A stretch of 32,332 nt of DNA from Chloroflexota bacterium (lineage in GTDB: Bacteria > Chloroflexota > Dehalococcoidia > UBA2979), in contig JAQCIU010000035.1 in assembly GCA_027593235.1 (NCBI GenBank), forward strand, positions 1 to 32,332, in the 5' to 3' direction. The position numbers were made by a program, and so were the translations under genes. Shown here one piece after another: positions 18,683 to 27,459 of the stretch (positions are counted from its first letter, which is position 1; the number at the start of each line of letters is the position of its first letter). A model generated the notes under the pieces. The model saw nothing but the letters and a program-made list of their open reading frames with translations. It made no database searches and was not told where the DNA came from.

Positions 18683-19627
18683 CTAGTCCGGCAGCCAGCG
18701 CCGCGTACTGTCGTTGTCGAAACGATCCACGTTGCCCAAGCCGATCCCGCAGTCGGCGAGGACCAACCCGTCTTCTGGTGCGTCGGCGATCCGCTGCAAC
18801 GACCCGGGATCGGTGTCACCCGGTCCGTGGTACGGCCCAACGGTGACCATCAGGCTCCCCACCGCCGGGTCTGTTTGCGCGGGCCAGAGGAAGCACGTGA
18901 CATGGATGTACGCCGCATCCTCGTCAGCGATCGTCTGCGTCTGGCGTGCCCACTCAAGCGCGGGCGGATGCGTGACGCACCCATCTGCCGATACCGCGTA
19001 AAGCGCGCCGATGAGCGGGACGTTCGGCGGGTCCGGGAAGTGCTCGCTCAATGGAATAGCGCGCGCGTCCGGGTCGACGACGTGACAGATATCGACGAAC
19101 TCCGCGGCAACCCGGGCGAGCAATTGGACTGGTGTTTCGCCTGCGCTCGTGCCACTGGCGATCGGCACCGCCGTCACGGTCGGTTCCGCTGCGGTGGTCG
19201 GTCCGACTTCAGCGGTCGGTTCGCTCGAACTTGCCGCCACCGCCGTGCTCGGCTCCTCGAGCGATCTCCCAGCATTCCCCGCGATCGGGTGGTCGGATCC
19301 GGCGATCGAGACCCCGACGGCCGCGAGCACCGCTGCCGCGGTTCCGGCGCCGACGCGCAGCAAACTGCTGCTGCCCAGCCATCCGAGTCCTGACAGCCGG
19401 CGGTGCCGACGCTCGGGCGTCCCGTTCCAGGCGCGCAACGCCTCGCGGTCGTCCAGCTCCAGCTTTCCAAGGATGTTGGTCAGGTGGTACCGAACCGTGT
19501 TCACGCTCAGATCCAGCGCCTCGGCGATCTCACCGTTGGTCTGCCCTGACCGAAGCTGCTCAAGCACCCGCCACTCGGCTGGTGTCAGGATGTCGGGGTG
19601 GCGCGGTCGCCCTCGTTGATTCGGCAT
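18683..19627 (-). CDS. LuxR-type HTH + transmembrane helix + Pro/Thr linker + unknown C-terminal domain
   Basis: LTPAEWRVL...GQTNGEIA..L.LSVNTVRYHLTNILGKL, then hydrophobic AGTAAAVLAAVGVSIAG. Confidence 0.82.
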   Translation of the reverse strand: MPNQRGRPRHPDILTPAEWRVLEQLRSGQTNGEIAEALDLSVNTVRYHLTNILGKLELDDREALRAWNGTPERRHRRLSGLGWLGSSSLLRVGAGTAAAVLAAVGVSIAGSDHPIAGNAGRSLEEPSTAVAASSSEPTAEVGPTTAAEPTVTAVPIASGTSAGETPVQLLARVAAEFVDICHVVDPDARAIPLSEHFPDPPNVPLIGALYAVSADGCVTHPPALEWARQTQTIADEDAAYIHVTCFLWPAQTDPAVGSLMVTVGPYHGPGDTDPGSLQRIADAPEDGLVLADCGIGLGNVDRFDNDSTRRWLPD

Positions 19628-19715
19628 AATCCGAGACTAGCCACGAGATCGACGAATTACCCCATCACCCCGAAGGGGGCACTCCATCCGCTGGGTCGAG
19701 GTCGCACTGCGCGCC

Positions 19716-20873
19716 GTGATCGCCTACGGGCGTGATCGCTGCGCCATCTTCGCCGCCGGCATCACCTACTACACGCTCATCTCACTCCTCCCGCTGGCGC
19801 TCTTCGCCGTCGGCATCCTCGCCTTCTTCATCTCGGATCCGGCTGACCAGCAGCGGCTGATCGATCAGCTCATGACGTCACTCCCGCTCTCGGAGAACGA
19901 CGGCCGTACCGATCTGGAACGCCTTGTCGCCAGCGTTGTTGACGGCCGTGGCGCACTCGGGCTCGTCGGATTCGTCGGCACCGCCTATACCGGCAGCGCG
20001 CTCTTCAGCAGCGTTCGGGTCGCCCTGAACGGCGTCTTCCACGTCGAACGCCAGCGGCCCTTCGTCATCGGCAAGGCAATCGACCTCGGCCTCGTCGTCG
20101 GCTTCGGACTGCTCCTGCTCGCCTCGTTCGCGCTCACCTTCGCCATCGCCTTCGCCCAACGCCAGGCGGATGAACTCGTCGGCGCGGGAGCCGGCACCCT
20201 CGTCGCCTGGCTGGCCAACATCGCCTACTTCCTGATCCCGCCGCTGGTCACCGGACTGGTCTTCCTGCTGCTCTACACCACCGTTGCGCGGGTCGGCTAC
20301 ACCCGGCGGCAGGTCCTCCCGGGCGTCGTCGTCGCCGCCTTGCTGTTCGAACTCCTCAAGGTCGGCTTCGCGCAATACGTCGCCTCCTTCGGCAACTACG
20401 ACGCCACCTACGGAGCGCTCGGCTTTGTCATCGTGCTGCTGCTGTTCTTCAACCTCAGCGCTCAGGTGATGCTGTTCGGCGCCGAGATCGCCCGCGCCAA
20501 CGTCGAAGTGCTCGACCTCCAAAGCCACGGCCGCCCAATGGAAACCAGCCGTCGGTTGCGCCTCCGCGTCGCCAGCCTGCTCGGACGCGCCCGCCGCTGG
20601 CCCCTCGTCGGCCGCCTCATCCCCCGCGACCGCGCCGGCGAACTGATCGAGCTGCTCGACCCCTCCGACGACGAGGTCGCGCCGCCCTCGATCGAGCCGC
20701 CGGTACCTCGGCCGCTGGTAGTGCCGGTGGATCTGTCCGCGGCGAGACCTCGCTCTGCGTCGACCGCCGAGACGGCGGAGACGGCCGCTGAGCGTGGCTC
20801 ACCGTGGCGGTGGTTCGCGCTCACCGGACTCGGGGTGCTGATCGCAGGCTGGTTCTCCACCCGCGAACGCTAG
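19716..20873 (+). CDS. YihY/BrkB family membrane protein with extended C-tail
   Basis: AAGITYYTLISLLP, ALNGVFHV, YDATYGALG..I.LLL, LFGAEI. The true start may be 19686 (ATC). Confidence 0.88.
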   Translation: MIAYGRDRCAIFAAGITYYTLISLLPLALFAVGILAFFISDPADQQRLIDQLMTSLPLSENDGRTDLERLVASVVDGRGALGLVGFVGTAYTGSALFSSVRVALNGVFHVERQRPFVIGKAIDLGLVVGFGLLLLASFALTFAIAFAQRQADELVGAGAGTLVAWLANIAYFLIPPLVTGLVFLLLYTTVARVGYTRRQVLPGVVVAALLFELLKVGFAQYVASFGNYDATYGALGFVIVLLLFFNLSAQVMLFGAEIARANVEVLDLQSHGRPMETSRRLRLRVASLLGRARRWPLVGRLIPRDRAGELIELLDPSDDEVAPPSIEPPVPRPLVVPVDLSAARPRSASTAETAETAAERGSPWRWFALTGLGVLIAGWFSTRER

Positions 20874-20894
20874 ACGACGACTGACCTCCCGTGG

Positions 20895-22502
20895 CTAGTC
20901 GGCGACCGGGACGAGCTGCATTCCATCGGTGTAGACCTGTCGTGCAGCGACCGCCTGCCGTTCGAGGTCGATCACCACCAGCTCGAAACACTCGCTGGTA
21001 CACCCATCGCCGTATCCCAGGTCCGCCCAGCCGGGGCCGCGGGTCACGCCATAGGCGAATCGACCATCCGCCGACGCCGAGAGCTGGAAGAACGCGCGCC
21101 CACGTTCGAGGTGCGCCACGACCTCGAACGTTGACGCGTCGATCACCCTGAGCCCGTCGCCCATCACTCCCTGGACCCGCTCCGGGAGGTTCGAGTCGTC
21201 GTCCGATGTGACGAGCAGCGCGACCACGATCCATCGCCCGTCGCCGGAGACCACCACCTGGTTGACTCCCGATTCTTCGCGGACGAGCTGCATCGTCTCG
21301 ATGTCGAAGATCTGCACGCGGCCACCGATCGCCTCGCACGGCGTCTCCCAGCCGGGACAGTCGAGGCTCCCGCTTCCGCCGACGTACAGCCGTCGCTCGT
21401 CCGGCGAGAGTGCCCAGCTCCCGACCCTCCCATCGGGTCGCTGCGGGTCTACCTCGTCGGGACCTTCGGCAACGACCGCCATCGTTGCGAGATCGATGAT
21501 CTGGACGCGCGGCCCTGTGGCAGGGAAGACGTAGAGCAATGACTCGTCACTCGATAACACCGCGTTCTGAATCGTTCTCCGAAACTCAAGCCGCGCAAGC
21601 CCTGAGCCATCCCTGGGGTCAATCTTCAGGAGCTGAGACGGCAGGGTCTGCCCGTCGATCAACACGTTCGGTGTGCCGCCCAGGACGAACAGTCGTCCAT
21701 CCCTCGCCGGGTAGAGTCGTTGTTCGTCCTCAACCGTCGCGAGGAGCGTCACGTCCGGACCCCGGAGATCGAGTCGCCACAATTCGCCGTTCGGTCCGGG
21801 GCCCATGATCCGACGCATGGCGTAGACCCATCGATTCCCAGGCGCCCATGCGACGAACCGCAGTGTTGCGAATGGCGCCTCTGGCAGTTCCCATCGCTGG
21901 ACCAATCCCTCGTCGTCCGCCTTGAAGCCGGACCCACCAAAGCCGAACCGCCCCCCGTCGAAGACGGAGAGTTGTGTCGCTGAGCCCGGGGAAAACGGCG
22001 CTGTCCAGATCAGGCTGCCGTCGCCCAGGAAACCTCCCGCGCTGTCTGTGAAGTCGACGCGGTCGACCCCGGTGAGCGGCACGCCTGTCGCGAGGTCCAT
22101 CGCCACGAGGCTCGGGCGGCCTCCCTCGGACATCCGCAGCGCCATGCTCGTGTGTGGCTCGGGGGGTTCGTCCGCTGCCAGTACGACCGCCAGCACAACC
22201 ACCGCGGCGATCGCAATACCGGACAACGTCACCCAGCGACCCATGCCCCCGAGGCCGAGCGAGATCGGCGGGAGCGACGGTAGCCAGGCGAAGCGCTCTC
22301 GTGGCTCGCCGTCCCAGGCCGCGAGCGCCTGCCGATCGGGCTGTTCCAGCTTCGCGAGCATGTTCGAGACGTGGTACCGCACCGTGTTCACCGAGATCCC
22401 GAGGCGAACCGCAATCTCGGCATTGGGACGGCCGGCACGGACATGTTCCAGCACGCGCCACTCCGCCGGTGTCAGCACGTCGGGGTGCGGCGGTCGTCCC
22501 AT
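20895..22502 (-). CDS. LuxR-type HTH + transmembrane helix + beta-propeller (YncE/WD40-like) domain
   Basis: LTPAEWRVL...NAEIA.RLGISVNTVRYHVSNMLAKL; TM IAIAAVVVLAVVLA; blade motifs WAPGNRW, LSSDESLLY, LSPDERRLY, SGDGRW, SADGRFAY. Confidence 0.85.
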   Translation of the reverse strand: MGRPPHPDVLTPAEWRVLEHVRAGRPNAEIAVRLGISVNTVRYHVSNMLAKLEQPDRQALAAWDGEPRERFAWLPSLPPISLGLGGMGRWVTLSGIAIAAVVVLAVVLAADEPPEPHTSMALRMSEGGRPSLVAMDLATGVPLTGVDRVDFTDSAGGFLGDGSLIWTAPFSPGSATQLSVFDGGRFGFGGSGFKADDEGLVQRWELPEAPFATLRFVAWAPGNRWVYAMRRIMGPGPNGELWRLDLRGPDVTLLATVEDEQRLYPARDGRLFVLGGTPNVLIDGQTLPSQLLKIDPRDGSGLARLEFRRTIQNAVLSSDESLLYVFPATGPRVQIIDLATMAVVAEGPDEVDPQRPDGRVGSWALSPDERRLYVGGSGSLDCPGWETPCEAIGGRVQIFDIETMQLVREESGVNQVVVSGDGRWIVVALLVTSDDDSNLPERVQGVMGDGLRVIDASTFEVVAHLERGRAFFQLSASADGRFAYGVTRGPGWADLGYGDGCTSECFELVVIDLERQAVAARQVYTDGMQLVPVAD

Positions 22503-22588
22503 CGGCCTACCAATCGGGGCAATGGTAGATGGCTCACGCCAGACTTACCCCGTCCGCGCCGGGCCCGAGCGCTCCCAAGCGCGGATCG

Positions 22589-22999
22589 CTAGTCCGCCGC
22601 GCGCACCGCCTGCGTCTGCGTCACCAACCCCACCGCGCGACCATCCGCGTCCTCAAGCATCGTCTCGAGGACCAGCGACGATTGTCCGCTGTGCACTGTT
22701 CGCGCCACCGCATCCAGGTACCCGCCGCCCACCGGCCGCAGGAAGTTGATGCTGAAGTGCATCGTCCCCGCCAGCTCGCCCCGCGCATCCAGGCTCGCCC
22801 GCACCACCCCTGCCGTGTCCGCCAGCGACATGATCGCCCCGCCGTGCAGCGTTGCGTTGAAGCGCGTCAGCTCCGCGCGAAACGGCATCCGCAGCCGCAC
22901 GTGCTCCTCCGTGGCTTCGACCAGTTCGAAGCCGAACAGCCCGCCGTACGGCTGCGATCGTTCGAGGGCGACCCGCGCACGTTCGAGCAGTTCGCTCAT
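22589..22999 (-). CDS. PaaI family hotdog-fold thioesterase
   Basis: LHGGAIMSLADTA, SINFLRP; ATGA overlap with upstream gene. Confidence 0.9.
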   Translation of the reverse strand: MSELLERARVALERSQPYGGLFGFELVEATEEHVRLRMPFRAELTRFNATLHGGAIMSLADTAGVVRASLDARGELAGTMHFSINFLRPVGGGYLDAVARTVHSGQSSLVLETMLEDADGRAVGLVTQTQAVRAAD

Positions 23000-24156
23000 C
23001 CCTCCAGCGCCTCGTACGCGCCCCGCTCGAACTCCCGATTCAGCTCCATCATCGCCACATCGAGGAACGGCAACACCTGCGTGTAGATCGCCCCCGCAAT
23101 GTCACGTTCGAGGTCGATCCAGTAGTAACTGTTGAACAACCCGCCCCACGTCAGACTCCCCGCCGATCGCCCCGTCCGCGACGCCTCCAGCGTCACCAGG
23201 AACCCCAGCCCGAACCCCGCCGCTCGCCCGAAGGCCAGGTCCCCGCTGTTGCTCCGCCCCGCGTTCGCCGTCGTCAGCACCCCAACATCGAGGTCGCCCG
23301 TGTGGCTCTGCGCCATCTCGTCGACCGTCGTCGCCTCCAGCACCCGCACCCCATCGAGGGCGCCCCGGCCCAGCAGCATCCGCAAGAACCGCCCGTAGTC
23401 CCGCGCCGTCGATCGCAACCCGCCGCCGCCCGACTCATACGCCGCCCCACCGCGCGCCGCCGGCCACGCCTGCCGCGCCAGCGAACCGTCTGCCTGCCGC
23501 GCGTGCAACGTGGCGAGCTGCGCGTCGTCCGGCGGCACCCGGAACCCCGTCGCGCCCATCCCCAGCGGCGCGAACACCTGCTCGTCGAGGTACGCGCCGA
23601 GGCTCTGCCCAGACGCCGCCACCACCAGCTCCCCCAGCCAATCGGTGCTGATGCTGTAGTGCCACTGCGTCCCCGGGTCGAAGATCAGCGGCGCGGCCAG
23701 GAACTCCGCCCCCGGCACCGCTGCCGCCGGCAGCGGATGCGCTTCGAGGTACGCGGCCAGCCGCGCGTTCCATGTGTCGTAGCCAAACCCCGAGCTGTGC
23801 GTCAGCAACTGCCGCGCCGTGATCGCCGTGCGCGCCGGCCGCAGCGTCCCGTCCTCCTCGAGCACCATCGGCGCCTCAAGCTGCGGCAGCCACTTCGCCA
23901 CCGGCGCGTCCAGCTCGATCTGGCCCCGCTCCACCAGCTGCATCGCCGCAACCGAGGTCACCGCCTTCGTCATCGAAGCGATCCGCAGCGGCGTGTCCAG
24001 CCCGAACGCCGGCCCGCTCCCGTCCAGCTCGAAGTGCCCCGCCGCGCCCTCGTACCGCGTCTCGCCCGCCGCCTCCACCGTCGCCACGACACCCGCGAGG
24101 TCGCCGCGCGACACCGCCCGCTCCAGCAGCGGATCGATCCGTTCCGCGTACGTCAT
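22996..24156 (-). CDS. Serine hydrolase, beta-lactamase-related (family VIII esterase)
   Basis: IASMTK (SxxK), LLTHSSG, PGTQWHYS, GGGGLRST, WGG; ATGA overlap. Confidence 0.9.
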   Translation of the reverse strand: MTYAERIDPLLERAVSRGDLAGVVATVEAAGETRYEGAAGHFELDGSGPAFGLDTPLRIASMTKAVTSVAAMQLVERGQIELDAPVAKWLPQLEAPMVLEEDGTLRPARTAITARQLLTHSSGFGYDTWNARLAAYLEAHPLPAAAVPGAEFLAAPLIFDPGTQWHYSISTDWLGELVVAASGQSLGAYLDEQVFAPLGMGATGFRVPPDDAQLATLHARQADGSLARQAWPAARGGAAYESGGGGLRSTARDYGRFLRMLLGRGALDGVRVLEATTVDEMAQSHTGDLDVGVLTTANAGRSNSGDLAFGRAAGFGLGFLVTLEASRTGRSAGSLTWGGLFNSYYWIDLERDIAGAIYTQVLPFLDVAMMELNREFERGAYEALEG

Positions 24157-25118
24157 CGCCCCGCTCCCGCCGCCACCGTCCCTGCCGCCGGCAGGGACAC
24201 CGCCGCCGCCAGCTCCGCTTCGAGGAATGTTGCCGCCTCGTCGAACAGCGCGCGCGGCGTCTCGCCGTGCCCCCCGTCGAACCAGCGCAGCGTCTTCGGT
24301 TCCGCCAGCGCCGCTTGCAGCCGCTCCGCCGCTTCGCGCCCCACCAGCACGTCGTGCTCGCCGTTGGCCATGAACATCGGTCGCCCCGCCGTCATCGAGG
24401 CGAACACGATCGGATCCGTCAGCGCGAAGATCAGCTCGCTATCCGCCGCCAGCTCCGCGTACTCCGTCCCCTCGATCGCCCAGCTCGCATACGGCCCGGA
24501 CCCGCCGACGAAGAACGCCCCCGCCCGCACTCGCTCGTCCAGCCCCACGAACGGCACCCCCACGCGGCATCCCATCGACACCCCCGCGTACCCGATCGCG
24601 TCGCTCCGCACATCGTCGCGACTCTCGAGGTAGTCCACCGTGCGCATCAAGTCCTGCACCGCCTGCACGCGCGTATCGCGGGTGCGGAACATCAGATCCG
24701 CGCGATCCGGCCCCAGCCGCCCGCGGTTGTCCGTCCCCTCGCGCGACCCGAAGCCGTACGCGTCGACCGCGATCGTCAGGAACCCCTGCTGCGCCCAGAG
24801 CTGGTGCAGTGGCGTCCGCCCCGGCACCGAACACGTGTGCGGCCCCATCGGCGTCGAACCGTGCTGAATGATCACCGCCGCGAACGGCCCGCCCTCGGCC
24901 GGGCGCGTCACCGTCGCCAGCACCCGCTCGTCGTGCGTCGACCCGAACGTCACCCGCTCCGCCGTCAGCCCCTCGATCGGTAGCTGTGTCTGCGAGTCCC
25001 TCGAGATATCCCGTTCGCTCGTCGCCAGCAGTGGGAGCGAGCGGTCGTAGCGGTACAGGTGCCGGAGTAGTCCCTCGTCAATCATCGCGATCCCGCTCGG
25101 TGCTCGTTCCAACTGCAT
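24153..25118 (-). CDS. Alpha/beta hydrolase (acetylxylan esterase/dienelactone hydrolase-like)
   Basis: GVSMG nucleophile elbow, GEHD, DGGH triad. Start at 25118 or 25085. Confidence 0.85.
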   Translation of the reverse strand: MQLERAPSGIAMIDEGLLRHLYRYDRSLPLLATSERDISRDSQTQLPIEGLTAERVTFGSTHDERVLATVTRPAEGGPFAAVIIQHGSTPMGPHTCSVPGRTPLHQLWAQQGFLTIAVDAYGFGSREGTDNRGRLGPDRADLMFRTRDTRVQAVQDLMRTVDYLESRDDVRSDAIGYAGVSMGCRVGVPFVGLDERVRAGAFFVGGSGPYASWAIEGTEYAELAADSELIFALTDPIVFASMTAGRPMFMANGEHDVLVGREAAERLQAALAEPKTLRWFDGGHGETPRALFDEAATFLEAELAAAVSLPAAGTVAAGAGR

Positions 25119-25147
25119 CGCACTTCCGGCGGCACCGGCTGCGCCGG

Positions 25148-25705
25148 CTACCCTGGCGACCCCGGCGACGCCAGGCCGGCGCGTTCCGCCGCCCCGGCCT
25201 TCGCCCACGTGAAGTGACGCCGGCCGTGATCCGCGTTCGCCGCCAGGATCCCGCCCACCGTCCCGTCCGCCCACGGCGCGTTCGGAATCACCGAGGCCAG
25301 TTGTTCGTCCGTCAGCTCGCTGAGCAGCGCCAGCGTGTCGGCGCGCACCTCCAGGCCGACGCGCACCAGTTCGTCCAGCGGCTTCCCGCGGTGCTTCTCC
25401 GCCCAGCGCTCCGTCCACGCGTGGATCCGCGCCATCACGTCTTCCATCGGCTCGCGCGTCCCGTCGTCGCGGACGCCCGTCTTCATCCCCTGATCGCCGC
25501 CGACGTGTCGCCGCACCATCCCGTTCCAGTCGCGCTCAATCAGCGTCGTGTGCACGAAATGATCGGCGAAGCTCCACTCCACCGAGGGGTCATGCTCGCT
25601 CCCGGTCACCCCGCGCGTCAGCTCCTCGTCCGTCATCGCGGACAGCGTCTCCAGCAGCCATGCACGGTCACGGTTCAGCTTGATCTCGATCTCAATCCGA
25701 TTCAT
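25148..25705 (-). CDS. DinB/YfiT superfamily protein
   Basis: WSFADHFVH and ADHGRRH histidine pattern; GAGGGG SD before ATG 25705. Confidence 0.8.
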   Translation of the reverse strand: MNRIEIEIKLNRDRAWLLETLSAMTDEELTRGVTGSEHDPSVEWSFADHFVHTTLIERDWNGMVRRHVGGDQGMKTGVRDDGTREPMEDVMARIHAWTERWAEKHRGKPLDELVRVGLEVRADTLALLSELTDEQLASVIPNAPWADGTVGGILAANADHGRRHFTWAKAGAAERAGLASPGSPG

Positions 25706-25740
25706 CGGCGTCCCCTCGGTTGGTGTCGACACGGCGCTGC

Positions 25741-26337
25741 TCAGGCGTCCCGCGCGCGATCGTTCGCCGGCAGCAGGTCGCGCATGTGCTCGGACCGCTT
25801 CCAGTCCGCGATCGGCGTCTCGTGCTGCGTGTCTGGTGCGTGCTTCGACTGCTCCACCATCTCCATCTTGTGGATATACCGAGGGCAGTTGAACAGGATC
25901 TCGCGCGCTCGTACCCGCACCACGAATTGCGCCTCCGGGAACTCCGAGGTCAGCGGATCATCGAAGTCGATCGACGCCTCCCCGTTCACCCGCAGCCGCG
26001 ACTGCCGCTCGAAATCGATGAACAGCATCCCCACCTCGCCCGTCTGCGAGATGTTCCCCATCGACAAGAACATCCCGTTGCCGTCGTAGCTGGGGAATGC
26101 CAGCGTGTCCGGAGCCACCACCCGTACGAAGCCCGGAACGCCGCCCTTGTACGAGCAGTTCAGGTGCCCCTGCGCGTCGACCGTCGACAGAAAGAACATC
26201 GGCAAACGCTCAACCGTCTCGCGGTCCGCGTCGGTGAATTCCCCGTGCACGATCCGGTCTTCGAGGGCATCCGCTAGCCGCCGCGTATCGAAGCGATCCT
26301 GCAGCGATCGCTGGCTGTCGTGAAAGAGTTCTGACAT
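25741..26337 (-). CDS. Pyridoxamine 5'-phosphate oxidase-like FMN-binding protein
   Basis: CSYKGG.PGFV, FPSYDGNGMFLSMGNI, LFIDF..RLRVNG, NCPRYIH; GAGGAGG SD. Confidence 0.88.
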   Translation of the reverse strand: MSELFHDSQRSLQDRFDTRRLADALEDRIVHGEFTDADRETVERLPMFFLSTVDAQGHLNCSYKGGVPGFVRVVAPDTLAFPSYDGNGMFLSMGNISQTGEVGMLFIDFERQSRLRVNGEASIDFDDPLTSEFPEAQFVVRVRAREILFNCPRYIHKMEMVEQSKHAPDTQHETPIADWKRSEHMRDLLPANDRARDA

Positions 26338-26382
26338 TGCTCGCCTCCTCATCACCCATCGAGGCGCATCGTACTCGCGAGG

Positions 26383-26443
26383 CGGAGCCCGGTGCGGCGC
26401 ACTTCCGGTCGGAGCCCGGTGCGGCGCGTTTCCAGTTGGAGCC
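26383..26443. repeat. 27-bp direct repeat (about 2.3 copies) in a divergent promoter region
   Basis: CGGAGCCCGGTGCGGCGC at 26383 and 26410, each followed by a TTCC(G/A)GT tail; partial third copy TGGAGCC at 26437. Confidence 0.8.
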
Positions 26444-26502
26444 TTCCCCGTTCCGTCCCCCACCCGCGTGCGCCCGCCCCCGCTCGCGCGCACACTGACG
26501 CC

Positions 26503-27459
26503 ATGACCATCGCCCCCGATCGCGCCATCGAGGTCACCGGCCTCCGCAAGCGCTACGGCGACTTCGAGGCCGTGCGTGGCATCGACTTCCACGTCGATCG
26601 CGCCGAGGTCTTCGCCTTGCTCGGCCCCAACGGCGCGGGCAAGACCACCACCGTCGAAATCCTCGAGGGCCACCGCGATCGCGACGGTGGCACCGTCAAC
26701 GTCCTCGGATACGACCCCCACTCCGGCGGTTCGCGCTTTCGCGAGCGGATCGGCATCGTCCTCCAGTCCACCGGCGTCGAGCCGTACCTCACCGTCGAGG
26801 AGACGCTCCGCCAGTTCCGGGGCTTCTACCCCCACCCCCGACCGCTGGACGAAATCCTCGAGGTCGTTGGGCTCACCGCGCAGCGCGCCACCCGCGTCCG
26901 CCGCCTCTCCGGCGGCCAACAACGACGCCTCGATGTCGCGGTCGGCCTCGCCGGCGATCCAGATCTGCTCTTCCTCGACGAGCCGACCACCGGCTTCGAT
27001 CCCGCCGCCCGCCGCCAGGCCTGGGAACTCGTCCACAACCTCAAGGCGCTCGGCAAAACCGTTCTGCTCACCACCCACTACATGGACGAAGCGCAACAGC
27101 TAGCGGACCGGCTCGCCATCATCGTCGCTGGCTCCATCGTCGCCGAGGGCACCCCCGCCGAGTTGATGAGCCGCGACCACCTCTCGACCATCGAGTTCAA
27201 ACAGACGCCCGCTGCGACCGCCCTCATCGCCGGTGTCTCCGGTGAGGTCGCGCTCGGCGACGGCCTGGTCTCGGTCCGCACGAGCGAGCCAACGCGCGCC
27301 CTCGCCATGATCGCCGGTCGCGCCGAAGAGCGCGGCATCGAGTTGGAAGATCTCTCCGTTACCCGCGCCACTTTGGAGGACGTCTACCTCCAGCTCGCCG
27401 CCGATCCGGCCACCACGCCTGCCGATCTGGCGGCCCCTGCCGCGGGAGCGGCATCGTGA
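26503..27459 (+). CDS. ABC-2 type exporter ATP-binding subunit
   Basis: Walker A GPNGAGKT, LSGGQ, LFLDEPTTG, TTHY. Confidence 0.95.
   Translation: MTIAPDRAIEVTGLRKRYGDFEAVRGIDFHVDRAEVFALLGPNGAGKTTTVEILEGHRDRDGGTVNVLGYDPHSGGSRFRERIGIVLQSTGVEPYLTVEETLRQFRGFYPHPRPLDEILEVVGLTAQRATRVRRLSGGQQRRLDVAVGLAGDPDLLFLDEPTTGFDPAARRQAWELVHNLKALGKTVLLTTHYMDEAQQLADRLAIIVAGSIVAEGTPAELMSRDHLSTIEFKQTPAATALIAGVSGEVALGDGLVSVRTSEPTRALAMIAGRAEERGIELEDLSVTRATLEDVYLQLAADPATTPADLAAPAAGAAS

Noticed and set aside
22996-24156. True beta-lactamase resistance gene
   Set aside because: No signal peptide; motifs (YS, WGG) fit cytoplasmic family VIII esterases.
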